Source: Rhizaria sp. SCN 62-66 (Eukaryota). Taken from it: a DNA stretch of 64,000 nucleotides. Of the stretch, positions 1-10,471 are shown one piece after another. The translations under genes and the position numbers were made by a program. The stretch covers positions 124,001-188,000 of the forward strand of contig MEDY01000002.1 in the NCBI GenBank assembly GCA_001724265.1. The letters run 5' to 3'. The notes under the pieces are model-generated. The model saw only the letters and a program-made list of their open reading frames with translations, did no database searches and was not told the origin of the DNA. How positions within the stretch are numbered: position 1 is the stretch's first letter; every line of letters begins with the position of its first letter.

Positions 1-3000
1 ACGCTGCACCCAGGCGGCGTCGGCCACGGGGTGGTAGAAGGGGAAGGGCGCGAACGGGCTGTTGGCCGTCAGCGCAGACCGGTCCGTCAGCACGGGCGGC
101 GTCGCGGGCGCTGTCGCAGCGTTGCACAGCACCAAGTCGATGACGCCGTTGTCGTCGGCAAAGTCCTCGATCTGCTGCACGTTGGTGACGGGCAGCAGCA
201 TCAGCGGGTGCCGCAGCTCCATGTCGCCAATCTTGCGCGTCGCCACCTTGTTCAGCGCCCGGAACGACGATACGACCTCTGCCCACACCTTGATAGACCA
301 GAACGTCGCCCGCTGCTGCTCCGCCGAAGCTTCGTTCGCCGCGCCCGACACGTCGCACCGCGGCAGCGTGAACGAAAACCACGGCGGCTGACGCACACCA
401 CGGGCGTCCGTCCTCGCGGGGCCGTAGCCCCCCGCGGCGCTCGCGCTGCCGGAAGTTAGGCCGCTGTCGTAAACGTTGATTGTAAGTCTGGGGTGCGCGG
501 ACGCCCGCGCGGCGAGGTCGTGCGACAGCGATGCGTGGAGCGCCTCGGTGCGGAACACGGCCGACTTGCGGCGCGACTGCGAGATGGCCTCGAGGCTCGC
601 CAAACGAGCGCGCGTGTCGGCCTCTGCGCTGCGCTGCGCGCGCTCGGCGGCGTTGAGTCGGCGCAGACGCAGCGGGGTGTAGAGCGAGCCCTCGTGCGGG
701 CAGGGCGAGCAGCCGAGCATTTTGACCGGGGCGGCACGTAGCAGGCCAGTCCATTGGTGGCTGCCGCGGCGGGCGCTGTTAGGGCCCGAAGCGGCGGAGG
801 CGGCGGCGGCGGGGTCGGTTTCGTCGTCGTCGTCGTCGTCGTCGTCGTCCCCGTCGCCGTCGTCGCCCGAGTCGTCGTTGTCCGACACCACGAACTCCTG
901 ATCCGGGTCATACTCATCATCAAAGCCCAGCGCCGTGACGAACGGCATCTGCTTCTGATTCGCCGCCGCCGCCACCTCAGCCATCACAGTCGCGACAGCC
1001 GTCAGCGTCACGGTGTTCGCGCTGGGCGTGCTGGCGGGCTTCTTCACGCCGCCGTTGTCGTCCTCGTCAGAGTCGGGCTCACGGTCGTCGTCGTCCTCGT
1101 CCTCGTCGTCCCCGCCGTTGGGCAGCAGGTCCGGGCGGAGGTTGCTGGGGCCCAGATGCGGCGGAGGCCGGACGGGCGCGGGCGCGAAGCCGCAGCAGGG
1201 ATGCACCACGAGCGGCATCAACGCGCTGCTGGCGCTGCTGTTACCATGCGCGGCCCCAGCGGCCGAGGTGGGGGTGGTGGCGGCGGAGGACTCGGTGCTG
1301 TTGACTGAGGAAGCCTTGCCGCCGCCGATGCGGAACACCTTGCTTGCGGCCCCGGCGCCTGCGGGCGTCGGCGCGGGCGCAATGGAGGCCTTGCTGATGC
1401 TCGAGGGCCCGCGCGCGCTCACGTTGCCGCTGCTGTTGGACGTCGCGATATTGCCGCCGCTAACGGGGTTGTTGGCGTTGAGGTCGGCGAGCTTCTCCGG
1501 GTGGCGCAGGCACGCGCCGCCGTGGTTGACGTCATCGCTGAAGTACCGCTGGCACTTGGTGCAGATGCGCAGCAGGCGGTGCCGCTCGTCCGCGGTCGCG
1601 TGCTCGGTCCAGCTGAACCGCGCCCCCGCGGCTGGCATCAGCACCACGTCGACGGGGATCACCACGGTGCCGTCCTGCTTCCACGCGTCTAGCTGCCGCT
1701 GCCGCTGGAGGTTCGCCGCGGTCGCGAGCGAGAACACGTCCGCGTCGGCGGTCGGCGGCGGCACCACGGCGGCCGTGGCGCCGATCGAGGCGCGGCGGCG
1801 GAGGTTCGGCACACCAGGTCCCCCGGCCGAGGCCCCCCCGCCTGCGGCGGCGGCGGCGGCGGCCGCGGCGGCCACAGCGGCGGCGCCGGAGCCTGCGGTG
1901 ATGCTACCGCGCGTCTTCTTGCTGTGCAGCTCGATCAAGTCCTTGACCGTGGCGCGGTACGCATACAGCAGAGGCTCGCCGGCGCATCCGGGGTCGTCAG
2001 GGAAGTTGGGGAAGCCGGTTTTGCCGCCGAACCGCTCCGCGCGGCGGCGGATGCCGTGTACGGTCTGGCTCACCGTCGGCGCCAGTGTCAGCAGCGATGC
2101 GAGGCTGTCGACGGCGTCGCCCGTGATGGGGTGGATGAGCGAGAACTGCTTCATCACCGTCGCCGGGGTCACTGAGGGCTGCACCGCAGTCTGTGCCGAC
2201 TTGCCCGCCGCCGCGCCGCTGACGCTGTTGTTGGCCGAGTTGCCGGGGCTGAAGAACACGCTGCTGTTGGGGTTGCTGACGCTCGACTGCGAGACAGAGC
2301 CCGGGCGCTGGAAGCCGGGCTTGACGCTGGCCGTGCGCGCCGAGGTAGGGCTGATCGCACTTTTACCAGCAGCAGCAGCACTGCTGCCGACGCTGCCCGC
2401 GCCGCCAGAGCCGCGCGCCGACACATCCCCGCTAGAATTAGCGCTGGTATTAGCGGCGGGCTGGAGGACGACGGCGGCGCCAAACATCTCCACAACGGCT
2501 GGGTTCGCCGTCTTAGATGCGGAGACGTTGGCACAGTAGTCCTCCGCGACCGAGAGCCAGATGTTCTGGAACGCGGCCATGTTGGTGCTCGTGGCCTTCT
2601 CGGTGATGCCAGTCTTGCGCTCGCGCTCCATCAGCTTGTGCATCTGATCGCGGGGGACGTCGACTGCGGCGACGGGGAAAACTGTGTCGCCCCGGCCGCG
2701 GCGCAGGGCGTCTTGGTGGGAGAACACCTGAACGCGGATGACGACCTTTTCGCGGGGGATTTCGCGCACTTTAACACCGACGACGGCGGCGGTGACGTTG
2801 CGGACCTCCTTGGCCAACGTTGTCGCCTGGGATTAAGTCGCAAGAACAAAGATAGAACATGAGAAAATATGAGTAATATACTCATACAATGGAACAAAAA
2901 TGACGTGAAACAGATATAAATATAAAATAAAGGTAAATATCATGAAACTATTACATAATATATTTGTTTTAAAGATATATTACTATTTACGTACTTGGAA

Positions 3001-5610
3001 CTCCTTCTCCTTGGCGCGCTCAGCGTTGCGCACGGCGATAGCCTTGGCATCAGCGGCTTCCTTCGCTGCTTGCTTGTCGCGCTCCATGCGCTCGCGGGCC
3101 TCGTCAGCCTCTTCCTGGGCGGCCTTGGCGCGCGCCAGAGCGGCTTCGGCCTCCTTGGTGGCCGTGGCGTCGTCGGCGGCGTCGCGCACCTCCTGAATAA
3201 TAGATATAACATAATTTGGGTATATAACACGCAAGATGGTGAGATATCGTAGTTAAGCTCTAAATTAATATCGACTCGCGTCATAAACGTATAATAATTT
3301 GAATGCATATAACTTCGCAACAATTAATGTCGATAACTACTCAATATAGTGATTCGTAAACGGGAAACGGACCTGTTGCGCCTTACGAGTCGCGAACTGC
3401 GCAATCGCGCGCTTCTTCTCGAACTCCTCCGCGGCGGCCTTGGCCTCCTTCTCATCGGCCTCCTGCCGCGCCTTTGCGCGCACGACCTCCTCCTTGGCCT
3501 CCTCGGCCTTTTTCTTGGCGGCGGCAGCGTCGCTCTTGGTCTTGTCCAGCACGCCCTGCGCCTTTGAGGTCATGGCGACCGTGCCTGGCGCGCCCGCGAT
3601 AACGCTTGCGCGCCCGCCCGCCGCCGACAGCAGCACGGACCCGCGCGATGCGTTGAACGCGCTCGACGAAAGTCCGCCGGCGCCAGACGAGCTCGCGCCC
3701 AGCAGACCCCCACCGGCCGAGGATGCGGAGAGAGAGAGCCCTATCACAGACTGGCGGGCCGCGGCCGAGAGGGACCCGGGGGCGCCGGGCCGCAGCATCG
3801 GCGACGCCGTCACAATCGCCATCAGGCGGTTACGCGTGCTCGGCGTGCCGCCCATGCTGCTGTCAGGCGTCGCTGTGATCGATCTGCTGTTGCTGCCATG
3901 AGCGTTTCCGTTGTTGCTGTTGGGCGAGCCCGCATCCCACGAGTTCCCCCCTAGGCCCCCCGCCCCGTCACTATTGAAGGAGGCGAGCGAGAGCCCCGGC
4001 AGCGCGGGCACCGCGGCGCCGCCCGACGGGGACGCGAACGACATCCGCGACAGCGCGGCCATGCGCGGGGTTTGCGGCGTATGCATGTTGCTGTTGCTCT
4101 GACTCATAGCGTTGGAGCGCGGCTGCAGCGCGGGGCTGGCCAGCTCCATGTCGAGGTCGCCCAGAGGGGACGGACTGGCCCCGAACCGACCTGTGTCACT
4201 GTCGGCCTGCTGTGGGCCGCCGCTAGCGTTGGGGCCAGAGCCTGTCTTCGCAGCGCCCGCGATGTCGATGTCGGAGGCGGTAGCGGTGCTGGTCATCGCG
4301 GCGGGACGCTTCTGCGGGGTCATAAACGACGAACTGCCGGAAGTCGTGTTGCTACCAAGGCTTTCATTGAGATCGGCGTTGTCAAACGCGGCCGTGTTGT
4401 CGAACGACATCCGGTTGCGGAGGCTCGCCAGCTGTGGGTCAGTGCTCGTGTTGCTGCCATTCGCGGAAGCGTTCGTGACGGAAATCTGTGCGTTTTTGCT
4501 CCGGCGTAACTCAGCCTCCTCCTCTTCATCGTCTTCCAGAACGCCCGCCAAATGACCGACACGGCCCGCCGGCGACCCAAACAGACCGCCGCCGTTGCCC
4601 CCCGCCCCGGTATTATGGGCGGCGGCGGGGTTAGGGCTCTCCAGGTCCATCTCGGTGGCGCCGAGCGCCGAGAGGAGCTGGTACGTGGTGTCCTCCGCGG
4701 CGCGTTGGGCGAGGATGCGGGTTAGACTGGCCGCCGCCTGCGCGGACCGGCCGGCCGGGGACAGCGACTCGTTGACCACGGTGCTGCTGCCCTGCGCGGC
4801 CGCGGCCGAGGCAACGGGGGCGCGGCGGTGGCTGCGGAAGGCCGGGTTGGAGCTGTGCATGTCGGTGTCGCACGATGCGCAGTAGCTTTCGCCGCACTGT
4901 TTGCAGTGGAACGCGGCGGGCGCGTCGTCGCACATGTCGCACGGCTGCATCTCCCCGCCCCCGCCCCCGCCGGCGCCACCGCTGTGGTTCGGTGAAGTGA
5001 CGTTGTTGCTATGGCTGGGGGTGAGGTTGCCGCGGGCCAGAGGGCCAGAACCTGGCGAGTGGAGAAAGCTGAGCCCGCGCGTGCCGCGGGAGCCGGGGGA
5101 CGCAAAGGGCGCGTGCGGGGTCGAGCCGGGGGCGAGCATCGGGCTCTTGCCAACGCTGTTAGGGGCGTTGCTGGCGCAGCTGTTGCTGTTGGTTGTGGTG
5201 TTGGCCGAGGTAGTGGTGCCATGAGGGGACATAATCGTCAGCATGAGACCCCCGTTGCCCCCGGCGGCGGCGTTGGGGTCGGTCGAGAGCCCGTCCGGCC
5301 CCACATGGCTGTGGTTGCGCGTGTGCGCGTTGCCGTTTGTGGCTGCAGTGGTGCCAGTGCGGGCGTACTCAGCTGCATCGTGCTCTAGCTGCGTCGCCAG
5401 CCTGCGTCGGTCGCCGATCTTGCTCAGCCCGATCGCGCGGAGGTCGTCCTGCGTGAGCGCGAAAAGTGTGTCCAGGTCGCTGACGGCCTGCGAGTGGAAC
5501 TGGTTGACGAAGCCGCCCCAGCCGTGGGCGACGAGCCAGGTCTTGACCTGGGCCTGCTTCGCGATCACGGCCTCGGACTTGACGAACGAGGACTCAACGG
5601 ACGGGAACAT
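1..5610 (-). CDS. Multidomain protein, 3'-truncated by the window edge (>1754 aa): SAM domain, B-box zinc finger, coiled coil, two putative beta-grasp-like repeats and a split CHORD-like Cys/His motif. Exons 5610-3373, 3192-2995, 2826-<1
   Basis: ATG at 5610 in GCCGCCGCCATG context, with an in-frame TAA upstream (5707-5709). SAM-like VKTWLVAHGWGGFVNQFHSQAVSDLDTLFALTQDDLRAIGLSKIGDRRRL. B-box CDMCDDAPAAFHCKQCGESYCASCDTDMH..HRR. Two AT-rich phase-0 GT-AG introns (3372-3193, 2994-2827). The last exon is open to base 1, which is why the ORF track omits it. Confidence 0.85.
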
Positions 5611-6243
5611 GGCGGCGGCCGGGGAACCAAGGCGCAAAGCGCGGACGTGGCGGGGGAAGCGGGGCGCTTTAGCTGTAGTGTGAGCTGAGGAGTGAAGACA
5701 GACGGGTTAACTCCAACGGGTAGGCGGGAGACGAGCACGCCTTGTCGGGGGAAACAACGCGCTTTTTTGGTAAAAAGCCTGTGTGTAGTCCCTGCTATAC
5801 GGATCAAGCAAAGTCAAGGTGTGAAATAGTGGAGAGCGAGTGGGGCATACGGGAGGAAAACGTTGTGAGTCGTTGGAAGTGCTATGACGGGTAACCTAGT
5901 ACTTGAAATAGGCACGCGTAGACGCAGGTATAGAAACAGTTGCAAAACAATATGGATGTGTTCAAGCGGTTTGATTGCATAAATTGAACTTTGGAGTGGA
6001 TTAACGGAGTTTAAGACACGCTAGGCCTGTTTCTGAGGGGTCCGTTACTGCTGTTCAGGATGTGTTGTTGCTCGTTTGTTTGGTTGGTTCGGCCCCGATG
6101 GGTCGAAAAAATGCGCTCGAAAGTATCAAAGTGGACCGGCGATGATGACGTAGCAAACCTTGCAACGAGTTGTTCGTGTGCACATCGTGTCCGTGTGGAG
6201 AAGATTCTTTCGCTACAGTAGCGTAGTTCTTCTTGATTCAGCA
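5611..6243. promoter_or_regulatory. Short intergenic region between divergent genes (putative bidirectional promoter)
   Basis: 633 bp of lower-GC DNA between head-to-head ATGs at 5610 (-) and 6244 (+). No specific element identified. Confidence 0.5.
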
Positions 6244-9200
6244 ATGAAGTTGACTATTTCGCGCATGTGCGCGTTTGCGTTTATCTCTGGCGCCGCTCTC
6301 CAGCTCACCGCCCTCACCGCCCTGGCAACCCCTGCCTCGGCCGCCGCCTCCGGTGCCCCCGCGCTCGCCCCCCGCGTCCTGGGCTACCCGCCCTCGGTCT
6401 ATGCGTCCCTGGCTGGGTCGACCTTCCGCTGCTCCGACGGCTCCGCTACCGTGCCCATCGCCGCGGTGAACGACGACTTCTGTGACTGCGCTGACGGCAG
6501 TGACGAGCGCGGCACTGCCGCCTGCGCACACCTCTCCGCCTCCCCGGCCGCCGACGCGCCCGCGACGTTCTACTGCCTCAACCCCGGGTACATCTCGTCC
6601 GCGATCCCGTCCTCGCGCGTCAACGACGGCATTTGCGACTGCTGTGATGGCGCCGACGAGCCCCACACCGGCGTCGCCTGTCCAAACACCTGCGCAAGCA
6701 AGCGCGCCGTTGACGAGGCCGGCATCACCGCCCGCCTCACTGCCGTGCGTGCGGGCGTCGCCGCCAAGACCGCGCTGACGGCCGAGGCTGATGCCAAGCG
6801 CGCAGCGGCCGCCGCGACGGTGACGGCGACGACGGCGCGCATTGAGACTGAGAAGGAGACGGTGGCCCATCTCAAGACCAAGCTCCAAATCGAGGAAGTA
6901 CGTGTATCCTCCACATATCCCGCACTCAACGAAATATAACTTGAATATTCAACTTTATTTAAGAGTTGTGTCTATCCTAATGTAATAATATATTCTTACT
7001 TTGACGAATTTTGTTGTGACATGTGCGGCACTTTGCAGGAGAAGGAGCGCGCCGTCAACGCCGAAGCCAAGGCCGCTTGGGAGGCCAATAAAGCCGCCAG
7101 AGACGCCGCCGTGGCCGCCGCGGTTGCGCCCGTGGTCGCCGAGGTGGAAGAGGTCGAGAAGCTCATCAAGGACATCGTCAGCGAGACGGCGGGCGCGGAA
7201 GCCAAGAAGGACGAGGCTGATGACATCGATCTCGACGCGATGCTCAATGAGATGATGCGGGAGAAGGGGCTGCTTCCGGACGACGACGAGCCCGCCGCCC
7301 CTGCCGCCGCCGCTAAGACCGAAACTGCTGCTGCTGCTGCCGCTGAGCCTGGGGCTGAGGCTGATGCCAAGAAGGAGGGCGAGGAGGAGGCCATTTTCTT
7401 CCCGTATCCGAAGGAGTATCAGCCTGGATACGATGCCGAGGCCGCGGCCAAGAAGGAGCAAGGTACGGATATAGCGCTTTTTTTACGTCCACATAGTGGC
7501 AAATCTTGTGTATAGCTCGCAATATGTGTGTTTTGATTGGTTTGAGTGCCTGTGCACGTTCGCCTTCCATATCCTCTCGCTTTTTTTTTTCAACCTCCAC
7601 TCAATGTTGTCACAACACTGCTTTGCTCCGCTCACTTTGCGCTCTCACACATACACACTTACACAGAGGCTGCCGCCGCCGCCGAGGCCGCTGCCGCCGA
7701 GGACGACGACGACGACGACAATGCCGCCAGCCCCGCCGTGCCGGCCGCCGATGCTGCTGCCGCTAGCAACAGTGACAGCATGAGCGACAACTTCACCCCT
7801 GTCAACACCGAGGGTACGTGGCGAGAAGAACCTGAGAAACAACTCCTGCATCGAATGATTTGAAAACTTGAACTCTTGTTTCTTCTGTGATTGAAAGGGT
7901 TAATGTAAAATGCGCAGATGAGAGACAAATAGTGAGACAAAACGAGCTTTTTTTATAGTTACGTTATAGTTTTGCACGATTTCTCTTTCAAGAACTGTGT
8001 CTTTTTTTACATAACTTGCTCGATTGTCTAAGGGGGACGGCTGCACTGCTCACCCCCCTTATCCGCGCTCACACAACAACTCTCTGTTTCTTCTTCTTTC
8101 TCGCTCTCTCTCTCTCTCTGCATCGATCTCTCTCTGGATTCTTCCCTTTACTATGTCTCTCTTTTGGTGGTCGATGTGTGACTATGTATGATTGTGTGTG
8201 TGTGTGTGTGTGTATGATGTCTCTATCTTGCGTTCTCGACTGTCTTTGGGGGTCTGGCGTGTGTGTTTGTCTCCGTCTCCCTCCACCGGCATATTGCGCC
8301 TCGCCGTGTATCTCTGCACCCCAGTCTCCACCCCCGCGCGCCTGTGGCGCTCTGTCCGCTCCTCCCTCCTCACCGCCCTCACGGGGCCACTCGTCGAACG
8401 CTTCTGCAAGCGGCCCTGGTCGAAGCTCTGCTGGGCGTTCCACCCGCTCGGTCACACTGACGACGAGGATGACAGTGCCAGAGTTGCCCGCGGCGAGTGG
8501 AACAGCGGGCAAGGGGGCGCGGATGCGGCGAGGCCGCCGGAGAACTATCGGAGCGCAAGTACGTTACTTACGAATAATTCGCAAAATGCGATTCGTTACA
8601 AGTTTGTGGCGACACGCAGACACCGGAATTGAGTACTAGTTGAGCAAAGTAAGAAAGAGAAAGAGAGAGATCACAGAGATTGAGAGAGAAACGAGAGAGA
8701 AGGAATGAATAAGCAAAGAGAAATTTGTCAGTCGTCATCCTATCAATCAAAGGTATCTCACCAAACCTATTTTTCCTACTTCCTTGCCCTCTTTGTTTAA
8801 CGCGACCTAACGTATCTGTGCGGCTTAACTTACGTCAACTGCAGAGGCGAACGTGCTGCGCAAGGACCTATCGGCGGCCGAGTCCGCGCTGTCCAAGAGC
8901 GAGACGGCTCTGATCCGCGAAACTCGTGCCCGGGATCGCCACAGTGAGTCCGACCGCGTCAAGCCCTTTTACGCGCTATCTGGACAGTGTTTCAGCACGA
9001 CGCAGGCGCAGTACACGTACGAGATGTGCTTCGACGGCAGCGCGAAGCAGCGGGAGACCTCCCATGGCGCCTCGGCGCACGGCACTTCGCTGGGCTCGAT
9101 GTCCGAGATCACCTTCGAGGGTGCGAGTGCCACGGTCAAGTTCACCGGCGGCGCCACGTGCTGGCGTGGGCCGGCGCGTTCGCTCACGGTCACGCTCGTC

Positions 9201-9594
9201 TGCGGCGAAGTGACCAAGGCCACGGCCGTGGACGAGCCATCGATGTGCGAATATACGATGCAGATGGAGTCACCCGCGCTCTGTGAGCAGACACAGGTAC
9301 GTTAAATTGTCATGATATAACACGAATAATATCCTACAACTGTGCAATTATGTTAAAATAATGTATTTGTTAGAGTTAGGGTGAAATTACATTATGTGTG
9401 GTTTGTTTGAAGTTTAACTAAATTCATATCTCACGACTTGGCACTCTTTTTTTTCTCTTTTTTTTTTTTGCGATTTGTTTTAGGTTGATGCGATCGAGAG
9501 TGCGATCAAGGGTGTGTTTAACGACTTCAATGTTAAGCCGCCCCAGGTTCCCGCTGCTGGCGCCCGTAATGGCAGTAACAAAGATGAGCTTTGA
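6244..9594 (+). CDS. PRKCSH: Glucosidase II beta subunit (PRKCSH/GTB1 family), 673 aa. Exons 6244-6897, 7039-7462, 7667-7813, 8325-8558, 8845-9296, 9484-9594
   Basis: Hydrophobic signal peptide. N-terminal LDLa-like region (FRCSDGSATVPIAAVNDDFCDCADGSDERGTAAC; FYCLNPGYISSAIPSSRVNDGICDCCDGADE). Acidic middle. MRH domain (FYALSGQCFSTTQAQYTYEMC...KFTGGATCWRGPARSLTVTLVCGE...VDEPSMCEYTMQMESPALC). C-terminal KDEL followed by TGA. All five introns are GT-AG with matching phases. Confidence 0.95.
8105..8213. repeat. Intronic (CT)n and (TG)n microsatellites
   Basis: (CT)n at about 8105-8119 and (TG)n at 8193-8213, inside the 511-nt intron 7814-8324. Confidence 0.85.
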
Positions 9595-10012
9595 AGTGTC
9601 TTATACGTATCAGACTCTCCAGACACACTGTAATGTACAGTGAGTGTATCTGAGTGATTGAGTGAAAGCATCCCTGCCCTGTACAAATGTGAGAGTGAAA
9701 GCAAATGACTGCCAATAGTGAAGACAAGCAAGCAGTGTTACTTTCAATACGCTACTATTTCTAGATTGATCTATCGTAGGGCCAGATTTTGTTCTATGTA
9801 ACAACCATATCCTCGTTTGAAGAATGTAAAAATAAACAGCAAATATGTTGTATTACAGACATTGTATCATTGTGGTAAAGCTAAATCATTGTGTGTTCGT
9901 TTGTTCAAATACAAAATAGTCTACGTAAGATTATCACTGTGTTTTTTCACTTGCATTGCAATGTTAAAACACAAGAGGGAATATTGTTCGGTTCGTGTTT
10001 TTGTTGCTGCGA

Positions 10013-10440
10013 TTACTCAAAGTCAAACTCGTAATCAACGTCTTCTTCAACAACATCATCGTTCTTCGCTACAGCACCAGTGTTTGTCGGACCACCAACA
10101 GCACTCTTCTTAGCGGTCTCAGGCGCAGCTGCGGGGAGTGTAGATGCAGTGACCGTGGGCAGGAACGAGTTGGTGTAAGTGTCCGTGTAAGTACCCGCAG
10201 CGTTGAAGCCGCCAACGTTGTTGTTGCTATTCGTGTCATCCAAGAACATGTTATCAGCGGTGATATCGACGGCGTTGTTTACGTGAGCGCTCGCAGTACC
10301 AGGGACGGCGACAGCAGCAAAATTTGCAGCAATATCATTCACCTTGTTGCTGCCATTGTTGTTGTCAAGTGAAGGAATGGCGTCCTCGATATCTTCCTCT
10401 TCAAACGCGCTGAGACGGTCACGTTGCTCACGGTCACTCA

Positions 10441-10471
<31 letters not shown>

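Noticed and set aside
1013-2539. Long antisense or alternative-frame ORFs (1013-2539 +, 10424-11983 +, 26048-27982 -, 59423-61960 + and many others)
   Set aside because: These are shadows of GC-rich, trinucleotide-repeat coding sequence on the other strand. They translate to poly-L/V/C/R with no domain motifs.
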